Source of the DNA: Parcubacteria group bacterium
GTDB taxonomy: Bacteria > Patescibacteriota > Minisyncoccia > Phycocordibacterales > Zambryskibacteraceae
Direction: 5' to 3'
Assembly: GCA_028286565.1 (NCBI GenBank)
Contig: JAQBRH010000002.1
Coordinates: 145,876 to 209,875 of the forward strand
DNA: 64,000 nt
Shown: one piece after another, positions 48,801 through 57,196 of the stretch
Layout: each line of letters begins with the position of its first letter
Position numbering within the stretch: the stretch's first letter is position 1
Made by a program: the position numbers and the translations under genes
The notes under the pieces: generated by a model
Told to the model about the DNA's origin: nothing
The model's database searches: none
Seen by the model: only the letters and a program-made list of their open reading frames with translations

Positions 48801-48982
48801 TGGAACTTCCTTTCGGAGAAGTCCTTTATAGAAGAGAATTCCTCGAACACCTCTTTCAATCCTTCTTCGATCAGCCATTTGAAGGATTCGACCTGGGAGA
48901 TGACGAGATCCGGCATCTCGGTAAGAGGCTCCTTGAAGCGTCCGAAATATTTTTTCTCACGCTTCTCTTTGTGTATGGTCAT
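45803..48982 (-). CDS. rpoB: DNA-directed RNA polymerase subunit beta
   Basis: Conserved beta-subunit blocks throughout, for example GDKLAGRHGNKGV. Confidence 0.97.
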   Translation of the reverse strand: MTIHKEKREKKYFGRFKEPLTEMPDLVISQVESFKWLIEEGLKEVFEEFSSIKDFSERKFQLDFVGFELDKPKMNEYEAKDLKLSYEAPLKVRVRLKNLIMKTEKEQEIFMADFPLMTSHGTFIISGIERVVVPQLARSFGVFFTSQELKGKTTFGAKIIPARGAWIEFETDLDGTIYVRIDRKRKFPVTTLLRAFGAATNEKILALFAGHPEAKAFIEKSLAKDHTLTVEDAAIEIHKRLRDGDLASADNAREFVRSIFDSERYDIHRVGRYAFIRRFGLKETPKEIERRTLSTDDLILILSHIAHLNVTPGSIADDIDHLGSRRVRYVGELFQQKIRVGMAQIKRNIQNRMSTIDTDVTLPVQFISPKPLQARMKEFFTTNQLSQFMQQTNSLEELEHLRTLSALGPGGLSRARAGYEVRDVHPSHYGRLCPICTPEGPNIGLILRLSSYARVNDFGMIETPYASVKDGKITKEIKYYNALEEEKFNIAHAATPRDDDGNLSNDLIEVRSKGTPITVHKNQVDLIDVATNQAFSICTSMIPFLNHDDANRALMGSNMQRQGTPCIIPEAPLVATGIEEKAVRDTGRLVYAPADGTITKMDGKSITLEDHKGEKHVFKLVNFSMTNGFTAFHQRPSVELGQKVKKGDVLADTSSSDRGQMALGQNILVAFMSWSGANYEDAIVLSERLVKESKFTTIHIEDFTINVRDTKLGPEVTTCDIPNVGESKLRNLAEDGIIRVGAEVRPGDILVGKITPKGESQLTPEERLLRSLFGEKARDVKDTSKRMEGGKRGRVISVQVFSREKGDKLDSGILKQIHIQVAELRNVSVGDKLAGRHGNKGVISRILPVEDMPYMADGTPIDIILTPLGVPSRMNLGQILEMHLGLAAHTLNYQAIVPPFAGATEDEIKQELVKAGYNESGKVKLFDGRTGEEVQQDVAIGYMYILKLHHMVEDKIHMRSIGPYSLITQQPLGGKAQNGGQRFGEMEVWALLGHGAGHTLREMLTIKSDDIVGRSAAFDSIVKGEKIQEPGTPASFNVLLNNLRGLGLDVELKKNNGSR

Positions 48983-49123
48983 ATGACAGAAAATGAAAGC
49001 ACGCCCAGAGGGTTTGCTTTGCTTATAAGCTATTATTAAATAAAACCTAAAAAGTAGAACCTAGAAACAAATCGCCTTGTCCTATATTCCGCTTCGGTTC
49101 TGCCGTAACACAATCGTTCGAAG

Positions 49124-49160
49124 TTACAAACACTTTAACTCCCCCACCCCTCTATGTCAA
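49124..49160 (-). promoter_or_regulatory. putative rpoB promoter (TTGACA-N17-TAAAGT on the minus strand)
   Basis: The -35 is the reverse complement of tgtcaa at 49155-49160. It predicts a roughly 140-nt leader. Confidence 0.4.
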
Positions 49161-49164
49161 TAGA

Positions 49165-49254
49165 TTATCCACTTTACAGGTGGGGATAAGCGTATCTCAG
49201 CTATCCCCACCCTCCCTATCCACAGTCCAAGGACCCGCCTTGGACTGTGGATAA
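49165..49254. promoter_or_regulatory. cluster of five DnaA-box-like 9-mers
   Basis: TTATCCACT at 49165-49173 on the + strand. The reverse complement of gtggggataag (49180-49190) reads TTATCCCCA. CTATCCCCA at 49201. CTATCCACA at 49216-49225. The reverse complement of tgtggataa at 49246-49254 is TTATCCACA, a 9/9 match. An AT-rich tract lies at 49015-49070. Confidence 0.4.
49220..49250. repeat. palindromic element, copy 3 (ccacaGTCCAAGG-acccgcc-CCTTGGACtgtgg)
   Basis: A 13-bp stem. The core is the reverse complement of the copy at 31119-31139. Confidence 0.5.
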
Positions 49255-49305
49255 GAAAAAGCCCCTCTAGGGGGCGGCTTTTTGAAGGAACCAAAAACCC
49301 TTGAA

Positions 49306-49722
49306 TTACCCGACCAAGCTGTACACCAAGCCGATGATGAGGAGGTTCAAGAGCTGGTTCGCGACATGGAGAAAGAAAAGCCCCCATGGCTTCCCTTCCC
49401 AGATGACCATCCCGATGAAAGAAGGAACGACGAACCCGAGCCAGAGAGCGAGGCTTAATTTAAGAGAATCTCCAAGGGTCGCCACACCTACTCCGTGCAT
49501 GAGGGCGTGATAGATCACCGCTTCAATGCCCGTGATGAAGATCTGGAAGATCATCCCCTTCATCATCATGCGCTGCATTTCCGCCTTGTCCGTGACGGGC
49601 TTGATATTCGACTCCCTGACCCAGTATCCGCTGAACATTTTCGGCGAGTACCACAGCGATCCGATAATGAGATTGATAACGATAATAATGAGCACGGGCA
49701 ACCAATGTATTGTGTAGTCCAT
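49306..49722 (-). CDS. DUF1761-like small membrane protein
   Basis: Four TM helices. A terminator (gcccc-tcta-ggggc + TTTTTCTT) lies at 49258-49290. Confidence 0.5.
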   Translation of the reverse strand: MDYTIHWLPVLIIIVINLIIGSLWYSPKMFSGYWVRESNIKPVTDKAEMQRMMMKGMIFQIFITGIEAVIYHALMHGVGVATLGDSLKLSLALWLGFVVPSFIGMVIWEGKPWGLFFLHVANQLLNLLIIGLVYSLVG

Positions 49723-49737
49723 GTATGTATTCTAACC

Positions 49738-50397
49738 CTACTTCCTCTTTTTCTTCCACTCTTCGATCTTGGCCGCATGCCCGGAAAGCAGTACCTTTGG
49801 CACCCGGTAGTTCTTGCCTTTGTAGGTGAACACTTCCGGCCTGGTATAGACCTCGGAAGAAGAAACTCTCTTCTCTTCAAGGGAATCAAAGTTTCCGAGC
49901 ACTCCCTCAACTTGGCGGGCGATGGTATCTATCATGAGCATAGCCGGAAGTTCTCCGCCGGTGAGGACGAACGGACCGATCGAGACATCTTCCATCTTGA
50001 AGACCTTCTTTATCCTGGCATCGATGCCTTCGTAGCGGCCGCTAACGATGATGATGTGCTTGAATTTCGAGACCTTTGCCGCATATGCATTGTCGAACTG
50101 CTTCCCGCTTGGAGAGAGGAAGATGATCTTGACCAAGCCCTTGGCCTTCTTCTCGGCAGCTGCAATGGCCTTGATCACGGGCTCCGCCTGGATGACCATG
50201 CCCGGTCCGCCGCCATACGGAGGCTTGTCGATACGAACGGTCTTAAGGGTGGAGCCTTTGGGAACCGGAGGGGCGAAGTCTCGGGGGTTATAGAATGAGA
50301 CCTTGAGCTTCTTGTCCTCCAAGGCGCGCTTCAAAATAGACTCCCCGAGGTAGGAATCAAAGGCGCCCGGGAACAAGGTGATGATATGGAAATGCAT
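49738..50397 (-). CDS. trmD: tRNA (guanine37-N1)-methyltransferase
   Basis: MHFHIITLFPGAF, GGGPGMV and SGRYEGID motifs. Confidence 0.95.
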   Translation of the reverse strand: MHFHIITLFPGAFDSYLGESILKRALEDKKLKVSFYNPRDFAPPVPKGSTLKTVRIDKPPYGGGPGMVIQAEPVIKAIAAAEKKAKGLVKIIFLSPSGKQFDNAYAAKVSKFKHIIIVSGRYEGIDARIKKVFKMEDVSIGPFVLTGGELPAMLMIDTIARQVEGVLGNFDSLEEKRVSSSEVYTRPEVFTYKGKNYRVPKVLLSGHAAKIEEWKKKRK

Positions 50398-50487
50398 GGC
50401 TCTACAGTAGCCTACTTTTTCGTTCTTGACAAGTACCTAGTAAGTATGATATAATGCATACAGGTAGATCGTTGTCTTCGTCTCTCT

Positions 50488-50763
50488 TTGGAGGCTTCCA
50501 TGCACAGAAAGAAAGTCCTCTTGGACCTCGCTGGCCTGGCCGCACTCGCAGTGAACATCACGATCGTCCTCGGCTTCCTCACGCTTTGGACGAGCCAGCA
50601 CGCAGAAATGCCCGGCCTCCCGCTTGGCTGGGTGCTCGCGTTCGATGTCCTGAACCTGATCTTCGCCGCCGCTCTCGTCATCTCCTTGGTGTACTTCCTC
50701 AAGGAGATCGGGAATGCGGTGAAAAGCAGCAAGCGGCGTCTCCCCGATATGGTGACGTTCTGA
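50488..50763 (+). CDS. small hypothetical membrane protein
   Basis: Two TM helices. Strong terminator aaaagccgaccc-tttg-gggccggct + cttctttttt at 50775-50810. Confidence 0.4.
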   Translation: MEASMHRKKVLLDLAGLAALAVNITIVLGFLTLWTSQHAEMPGLPLGWVLAFDVLNLIFAAALVISLVYFLKEIGNAVKSSKRRLPDMVTF

Positions 50764-50814
50764 AGAGAAACGAAGAAAAGCCGACCCTTTGGGGCCGGCT
50801 CTTCTTTTTTATAA

Positions 50815-51150
50815 TTAGTCGAGGTTAAGGTCTTCCATCGCCTCATCCACGGTCTTCGAGGCCGGGGTCGCCGGAGCGGCGTACGCTTCCCTGCTTCCTC
50901 CCGCCGGTTCGTTTATTTTCAAATTGACGCGAGCGTTGTTCTTCATACCCACCACGCGGAGGAGGATGCGGATCGCCTTGGCGGTATTTCCTGATCGGCC
51001 GATCACCTTGCCCATGTCGTCCGGATGGACGTCGAGGGTCATGAGCACCCCCATCTCATCCACTGTTCTCTTGATCTTCACATCGTTCGGATGTTCGACC
51101 AGTGCCTGTATGACGTATTCCAAAAACTGCGTATCGTCTACCATTACCAT
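50815..51150 (-). CDS. KH-domain RNA-binding protein (KhpA/UPF0109-like) with a C-terminal extension
   Basis: VIGRSGNTAKAIRILLRV is the KH GXXG region. It sits in the rpsP-KH-trmD context; rimM is absent. Confidence 0.75.
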   Translation of the reverse strand: MVMVDDTQFLEYVIQALVEHPNDVKIKRTVDEMGVLMTLDVHPDDMGKVIGRSGNTAKAIRILLRVVGMKNNARVNLKINEPAGGSREAYAAPATPASKTVDEAMEDLNLD

Positions 51151-51216
51151 AGTCGTTTCGTTAAGGGATAACAGAAGGCAGATTGCCTACCTGTATTGTA
51201 CCACTTGCAAGCCGGA

Positions 51217-51723
51217 CTAGGCAGCGTCCTCTGTGGGTCGAGCGGGAGTTTCTTCTGCAGGAACGGAAGTTGCCTCGGGAGCCGGGACGGCTTCTTCAGC
51301 CGGTACCTCTTCAGCTGCGGGAGCGGCCTCTACAGGAGTTTCTTCAACCGGCTCCGGAAGAGGAGCTTCTTCTTTGACTTCAGGGGCTGGAGCCTCGGCT
51401 ACTGGAGCGGGAGCAGGCGTTGCGGAAGCCACAGGCGCTTCTTTCACAATAGGAGTTTTCTTTGGAAGGACGTTGACCTTCTTTGCGTCTATAAGCTTGT
51501 GGGTGACGAGAAGGTTGTGAACTGAACCGGTGGCGGCGATGCCTTTTGAAAGCCAGTATTTGATGCGGTCGGATTTGAGGGCGTCCGCGGTTTTCCTTGG
51601 ATCATACGAGCCGAGGATCTCCTTGAATCGTCCTGATTTAGTGGAGTTTTTTGAGTCGGTCAGTACAAGCCGAAACGACGGTTCGTGCTTGCGGCCCACT
51701 CTTTGAAGTCTCATTTTTAGCAT
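51217..51723 (-). CDS. rpsP: 30S ribosomal protein S16 with an Ala/Pro/Glu-rich C-terminal tail
   Basis: MLKMRLQRVGRKHEPSFRLVLTDSKNSTKSGRF is the S16 N-terminus, followed by a roughly 85-aa low-complexity tail. The upstream extension in the ORF track is rejected. Confidence 0.9.
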   Translation of the reverse strand: MLKMRLQRVGRKHEPSFRLVLTDSKNSTKSGRFKEILGSYDPRKTADALKSDRIKYWLSKGIAATGSVHNLLVTHKLIDAKKVNVLPKKTPIVKEAPVASATPAPAPVAEAPAPEVKEEAPLPEPVEETPVEAAPAAEEVPAEEAVPAPEATSVPAEETPARPTEDAA

Positions 51724-51784
51724 GGGCGTAATAGTAGCAACAAAGTAGCCCAGGGTCAAGATTGTGATATAGTGCTTACACTGT

Positions 51785-53710
51785 ATGGAAAACTCTGAAG
51801 GCCTCACAGGAACAATAAAAGTCACCCCGAAAGGCGTCGGGTATTTCGGTGCGATCGGAGAAGAGATCAACTTCGAGATCCAGCCGGAATACGTCAACAC
51901 GGCCTTGAACGGCGACACGGTCAAGATCGAGGTCCTCGACCACGAGGTCTATGGCCGCAAGCAGGCTAAAGTGCTCGAAGTTCTCGAACGGCACAAACTC
52001 GAATTCGTCGGCACTCTCGAAACGTCCGATGCGGGCTTTTTCTTTGTCCCCGATGACAAGCGCATGTACAGAGACGTTTTGATAACCAAGGAAAACTCGG
52101 GCGGCGGCAAGGAGGGAGACAAGGTCCAGATCATCATTCTCGAGTGGGCCGACGCTTCGAAGAGCCCTACAGGCAAGGTCATCCGCGTCATCGGCCGCAA
52201 AGGCGAGCACAACGCCGAAATGCTCGGCATCGTCTACGACAAGGGATTCGTCATCGACTTCCCTCCCGATGTTGAGGCCGAGGCCAAAGCCTGGAAACAA
52301 AAATTTACTACGGAAGATCATCTGAAGGGACGCAAGGATTTCAGGGAGACCCTCACCTTCACCATCGACCCGGCGGACGCCAAGGACTTCGACGACGCTA
52401 TTTCTTTTAAAAAGCTTGATACCGGGGACTACGAGGTCGGAGTGCACATCGCCGATGTCTCGCATTTCGTCGTCGAGAAGACCGCGCTCGACCGAGAAGC
52501 CAGGAACCGCGCCACATCGATCTACCTCGTCGACCGCACCATCCCCATGCTTCCGGAAGTCCTCTCGAACGACCTCTGTTCTTTGAATCCGAATGAAGAC
52601 AAGTATGCCTTCTCTGCGGTGTTCGTCATGGACAAGAACGCGGTCGTCAAAGAGCGGTGGTTCGGGAAGACCCTGATCGAATCGGACAAGCGATTTACAT
52701 ACGAAGAAGCGCAAGAGATCCTCGACGCCAAAGAAGGATTATACGCGGATGAGCTATTGACCCTAAACGCTCTCGCCTACAAGCTCCGCGAGGAGAAGTT
52801 CAAGAACGGAGCCATCGAATTCGAGACCGAAGAAGTAAAATTCGTTTTGGATGATAAAGGGAAACCCGTGAAGGTGTACAAGAAAGAAAGGAAAGATACG
52901 CATAAGCTTGTTGAAGATTTCATGCTCCTCGCCAACCGAGAAGTGGCGACGTACATGTTCAATGCCGGGAGAGGCAACAACCGCATGGCCTTCGTCTATC
53001 GAATTCACGCTTCGCCGGACCGGGAGAAGATCGTGAATCTCGCCACCTTTGTGAAGGCTCTCGGCTTTGACCTCAAGAACCAGGAAGGAGAAACAACCGC
53101 CGAAGACATCAGCCGCATGCTGAAATCGGTCGAAGGATCGACGGCCGAGATGCTCATAAAGGTCGCCGCCATCCGCTCCATGCAAAAGGCCGTCTACTCG
53201 ACCGCGAACATCGGACACTTCGGACTCGGCTTCGAATACTATACGCACTTCACTTCTCCGATCCGACGATACCCTGACCTTATGGTCCATAGATTGCTCC
53301 AAAGGCACATCGAGAAGGGCCCGATCGAACAGGATGAGGTCATCAAATACCAGCACCTCTCGGACGTCTCGAGCGAGCGCGAGATGGATGCGGCCGAAGC
53401 CGAGCGAGCTTCGATCAAATATAAGCAGGTTGAATACATGCAGGATCATGTGGGCGAAGAATTCGACGCGGTCATCAGCGGAGTTTCCGAATGGGGCGTC
53501 TACGTGGAAGAAACGAACACCAAAGCCGAAGGCATGGTTCGCCTGAAAGACATGACCGATGACTTCTATGAAGTGAACCCGAAGATCTACGCTGTCGTAG
53601 GTAAAAAGACTGGTAAGAAATATTCTCTGGGTGACCGCGTCCGCGTCAAGCTCACCGCCTCTGATCCAGAGAGAAAGACTCTTGATTTCCAGTTCGTACC
53701 GGCCGCATAA
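51785..53710 (+). CDS. rnr: ribonuclease R (RNB family exoribonuclease)
   Basis: RNB domain (HFGLGFEYYTHFTSPIRRYPDLMVHR), cold-shock N-terminus and S1 C-terminus. Terminator at 53722-53745. Confidence 0.95.
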   Translation: MENSEGLTGTIKVTPKGVGYFGAIGEEINFEIQPEYVNTALNGDTVKIEVLDHEVYGRKQAKVLEVLERHKLEFVGTLETSDAGFFFVPDDKRMYRDVLITKENSGGGKEGDKVQIIILEWADASKSPTGKVIRVIGRKGEHNAEMLGIVYDKGFVIDFPPDVEAEAKAWKQKFTTEDHLKGRKDFRETLTFTIDPADAKDFDDAISFKKLDTGDYEVGVHIADVSHFVVEKTALDREARNRATSIYLVDRTIPMLPEVLSNDLCSLNPNEDKYAFSAVFVMDKNAVVKERWFGKTLIESDKRFTYEEAQEILDAKEGLYADELLTLNALAYKLREEKFKNGAIEFETEEVKFVLDDKGKPVKVYKKERKDTHKLVEDFMLLANREVATYMFNAGRGNNRMAFVYRIHASPDREKIVNLATFVKALGFDLKNQEGETTAEDISRMLKSVEGSTAEMLIKVAAIRSMQKAVYSTANIGHFGLGFEYYTHFTSPIRRYPDLMVHRLLQRHIEKGPIEQDEVIKYQHLSDVSSEREMDAAEAERASIKYKQVEYMQDHVGEEFDAVISGVSEWGVYVEETNTKAEGMVRLKDMTDDFYEVNPKIYAVVGKKTGKKYSLGDRVRVKLTASDPERKTLDFQFVPAA

Positions 53711-53740
53711 ATTTTATATAAAAAAGCGGCAGAAGCCGCC

Positions 53741-54124
53741 TTACCTCTCGCGATGCCATTCCCCTCCGCCACGCGGATGGTCGATTGTCTCGTTCTTCGC
53801 AGTTTTCCGCTTTGCCGCGCGAGCGAGGCCACCCTTGCGGCCGATCTTGACCATGTGGGCCCGATCCTTGGCAACGATTGCACCACCCTTGCGGCCAGCA
53901 GCCTGCCTCTCCTTCTCGGTGAACTGATGGGCAACCCCCATCTCGTGCGCTCGTTTGCCGCCCTTGGATGCGATCTCTCGATGCCATTCCGGATCTCTGC
54001 TGATCGTAGAGGCAAAGCCCCTGCGAGACTTTTTCTTGCCAAACCCCGGCTCTGCACAGGGGCGCGGGGTGGATTCATCGTGCAGTGGAACTTTTCCTCC
54101 GGCCGTTCCTCCGCCCATCAACAT
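53741..54124 (-). CDS. KGG-repeat (stress-induced, YciG-like) protein
   Basis: ASKGGK, AGRKGG and IGRKGG repeats. A GGGAGG RBS precedes the ATG chosen at 54124. Confidence 0.55.
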   Translation of the reverse strand: MLMGGGTAGGKVPLHDESTPRPCAEPGFGKKKSRRGFASTISRDPEWHREIASKGGKRAHEMGVAHQFTEKERQAAGRKGGAIVAKDRAHMVKIGRKGGLARAAKRKTAKNETIDHPRGGGEWHRER

Positions 54125-54178
54125 GCGATCCTCCCTGAAATGATGTACTGCCCAGGTCAAACCCTACGCTTCCCTCTT

Positions 54179-56413
54179 TTATTTTGCAACTTGGACGGCT
54201 TGGTCGAATTCTATCGAAAGGAGCTTCGAGACGCCCGTCGAACCCATGGTCACTCCGTAGATCACTCCGGCGCGGGACATCGTCTCTCTGTTGTGCGTGA
54301 TCAAAATGAGCTGCGAATGCTCCGCCAGCTTCTCCACCATGTCTCCGTAACGCTTTGAGTTCGCCTCGTCGAGCGCGGCGTCCGTCTCGTCCAAAATGAT
54401 GAACGGGGGAGGATTCACTTGAGAGATGGCAAAGAGGAGGGCGATCGAGGTGAGCGCTCGCTCGCCTCCGGAGAGCATCATGAGGCCGCGGATCTTCTTG
54501 CGGGGCAGGTTGACCGAGATGTCGAGCCCTTCTTCGACGATCTCGTCTTCATCATCTCCTTCGAGCTCGACGTCCTCGCCTTCGAGGAGCGCATCCTTTT
54601 TCTTTTTCTTCTCTTTGGTCAAGACAAGCTCGGCGTCTCCGCCTCCGAACATGGTGCTGAATAATTCTCCGAATTCGGTGTTGATCCTCTTGATGCCCGT
54701 AGCAAATTCGACCTGAAGCCGTTCTTCAAGATCTTGTATTAATACCTTTAGCGATTCGGCTGACTTCTCGAGGTCCAGGAGCTCTCGGGCCAAGAATTCA
54801 TCGCGCTCGTTCGCCTCGGTGAATTCCTTCACCACTTCATCCGTCCCGGAGATCCCCGCCTCTTCGAGCCTGATCTTTAATCGTTCGATCTCTCTTTTCC
54901 TATTCTCTTGAATCGCACGGTCTTCGGCCACGGCTTCGCTCTCGCTTCCTATATCAAATGTTTTGAACTGGAGGACTTCGTGCCCTATCACGGCCGCCAC
55001 CTCCTCGACATCTCTCACGAGCTCGGCTTCGTCTTTCTTTATGTTTTCTTCGCGCGATCTGATGAGAACGAGCTTGGCCAGGAGATCGTTCTCTTCGGAC
55101 ATGATCCTGAAGACCGCCTTCTCGGCGTCCCTCGAGGAGTCCTTTTCCTTCTCTATACGAGCCTTCTCAGCGTCATATTTTTCCCGAAGGGCGAGCTCTT
55201 TCGCGCTCGCCTTTTCTATCTCGTGTTCCACCTTTTCCTTCTCATGCTTCAAATGTTCGATCGCTTTCTCCGCATCCACGATGAGGCTCGAATCCGCCGA
55301 ATCCTTGTGCCCTTTGATAAAATCCCGGATGCGGGCGATGACCGTCCCCAGGATGTGGTGGTCCTTCTCGATCTCTTGCTCGAGCGTTCGGGCGAATTCC
55401 TCGACATCCTTGAGACGGATCATCTTGTGCTCATCGGAGGTCTGAAGCTCTTTTTGTTTTCTGATTATCCTCTCCTCGGCGTCCAGGGAACCTTCAAGCT
55501 TGCCGAGCTCCCTCGCCAGGCCGTCCTTGTGGGCGCGCGCTCCGGCCATCTCGGCCTCGAGGTCGAGGATGAGATATCCTTTTTTATTCTCCTCTCCCGC
55601 CCTGGCAAGGACGGCCTTGGCTGTCTCTAGCTCTTTGGAAAGCAGGGCGAGCTTCTCGTCGATCGGCGTCCGCTCATCTCTCTGCGCGGTTTTGGTAAAT
55701 CCGACGTAGAGATCTTCCCGCCTGAAATATTCTTTGGACAAACGCGCGAGTTCTTCGCGCATGCCGAGCGCCTTCTCCATCTTCTCGACCTGCTTTTTCA
55801 AGAAGCGCAGATGCGGCGCGATCTCTTTTCGCAGGGACTCGACCTGAGCAATATTCTCAAATGTTTTCTTCAGCTTCCTGTCGCTTTCGATCCGCTTGTA
55901 TTGATAGAGGCGCAGGCCGAGGGCGTCCTCGATCATCGATTTCCTGTCCTTGCCGCTTGAGTTCAAGATCTTGTCCGCCTCGCCTTGAGAGATGATGTGG
56001 TGCCCCGAAGCGCCGATGTGCGCCTTCAAGAGAAGCTCGATCACATCCTTGAGCCGGACGGCGCTCCCGTTTATAAAATAGTCATTGATGCCGTCTCGGT
56101 GGACGACGCGCTCGATCGAGACTTCCGGATAATCGATCCCGAAGACCTTGTTCGAATTATCGAATGTCACCTTGACCGAAGCACGATTCGACCTCGATTC
56201 CCCGCCTGCGCCATTGAAGATGAGGTCCTCTCCCTTCTTGCCTCGGAGGCTCTTGATCGACTGCTCCCCGAGGACGAACCTGAAGGCCTCGGCCACATTC
56301 GATTTGCCCGAGCCGTTCGGACCGACGATCGAAGAGATGGGCGAAGTGAAAAGAAGCTCGCTCTTTTTGGCAAACGACTTGAACCCCGATAATTCGATCG
56401 ATTTTAAATACAT
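54179..56413 (-). CDS. smc: SMC-family chromosome segregation ATPase, short (744 aa) with no obvious hinge
   Basis: N-terminus MYLKSIELSGFKSFA...GPNGSGKSN. C-terminus LSGGERALTSIALLFAISQVNPPPFIILDETDAALD. Confidence 0.8.
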   Translation of the reverse strand: MYLKSIELSGFKSFAKKSELLFTSPISSIVGPNGSGKSNVAEAFRFVLGEQSIKSLRGKKGEDLIFNGAGGESRSNRASVKVTFDNSNKVFGIDYPEVSIERVVHRDGINDYFINGSAVRLKDVIELLLKAHIGASGHHIISQGEADKILNSSGKDRKSMIEDALGLRLYQYKRIESDRKLKKTFENIAQVESLRKEIAPHLRFLKKQVEKMEKALGMREELARLSKEYFRREDLYVGFTKTAQRDERTPIDEKLALLSKELETAKAVLARAGEENKKGYLILDLEAEMAGARAHKDGLARELGKLEGSLDAEERIIRKQKELQTSDEHKMIRLKDVEEFARTLEQEIEKDHHILGTVIARIRDFIKGHKDSADSSLIVDAEKAIEHLKHEKEKVEHEIEKASAKELALREKYDAEKARIEKEKDSSRDAEKAVFRIMSEENDLLAKLVLIRSREENIKKDEAELVRDVEEVAAVIGHEVLQFKTFDIGSESEAVAEDRAIQENRKREIERLKIRLEEAGISGTDEVVKEFTEANERDEFLARELLDLEKSAESLKVLIQDLEERLQVEFATGIKRINTEFGELFSTMFGGGDAELVLTKEKKKKKDALLEGEDVELEGDDEDEIVEEGLDISVNLPRKKIRGLMMLSGGERALTSIALLFAISQVNPPPFIILDETDAALDEANSKRYGDMVEKLAEHSQLILITHNRETMSRAGVIYGVTMGSTGVSKLLSIEFDQAVQVAK

Positions 56414-56491
56414 TTATTAAATTATACACGAACACACCTCACCGGCACTTTGTGTCCTCCCTCTCCTTGGCAAGGAGAGGGTTGGGTGAGG

Positions 56492-57181
56492 TCATTCCCA
56501 GCCTTTATCTGTGAGTGCGTTTCGCGCGGCTTCCTGCTCCGCATCCTGCTTTGAATTGCCCGTTCCTTGGCCCAAGAGTTCCGTGCCGACATAGACGCCG
56601 ACGGTGAACTTTTTATCATGATCGGGACCCGATTCACGAATGGTCTTGTATGAGGGAGTAGACCCTGTGTGTTCCTGCGCTTTCTCCTGGAAAAGAGATT
56701 TGGCGTCGATCCATGTGCCTTTCTTTACGATGTCATCCGTGAGAGGAGTGATGTGGGCGAGAATAAACTTTTTTGCTTCATCCAACCCTTGGTCGATGTA
56801 GATGGCGCCGATGACCGCCTCGAGCGTATTGGCGAGGATGTATTGCCTGGCCCGGCCGGTATCTTTGGATTCTCCGCGAGAGAGAAGGAGGAAATCATTT
56901 GCACCGAGGTTTTGGGCGACAAGGGCGCACGTATCGGCGTTCACGAGGGCCGAGCGGAGGCTCGTCATCTCCCCTTCGCTCATCTTTGGGAACGTATTGA
57001 AAAGATACTCGGTTGTGACGAGTTCAAGCACCGCATCACCGAGAAATTCGAACCGCTCATTGTCTCCGAGGCCCGAAGCCCGATTCTCATTGATATAGGA
57101 GCGGTGAGTGAAGGCCTGTTTCAAAAGAGCCTTATCCTTGAAGGTCACCCCCGCCGTTGTTTCAAAAATATTCCAATCCAT
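56492..57181 (-). CDS. rnc: ribonuclease III
   Basis: ERFEFLGDAVLELV signature plus a C-terminal dsRBD. Confidence 0.95.
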   Translation of the reverse strand: MDWNIFETTAGVTFKDKALLKQAFTHRSYINENRASGLGDNERFEFLGDAVLELVTTEYLFNTFPKMSEGEMTSLRSALVNADTCALVAQNLGANDFLLLSRGESKDTGRARQYILANTLEAVIGAIYIDQGLDEAKKFILAHITPLTDDIVKKGTWIDAKSLFQEKAQEHTGSTPSYKTIRESGPDHDKKFTVGVYVGTELLGQGTGNSKQDAEQEAARNALTDKGWE

Positions 57182-57196
57182 CCTGTGTATATACCT

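Noticed and set aside
50412-50846. 144-aa minus ORF at the position where rimM would be expected
   Set aside because: No similarity to RimM (PRC-barrel). Its Arg-rich low-complexity sequence is antisense to the + strand small membrane gene, which has a strong terminator.
53587-54078. Overlapping minus ORFs (53587-54078, 53652-53987) and the + ORF at 53753-54358
   Set aside because: They are alternative frames of the KGG-repeat gene region. The 53741-54124 frame has the KGG repeats and a GGGAGG RBS.
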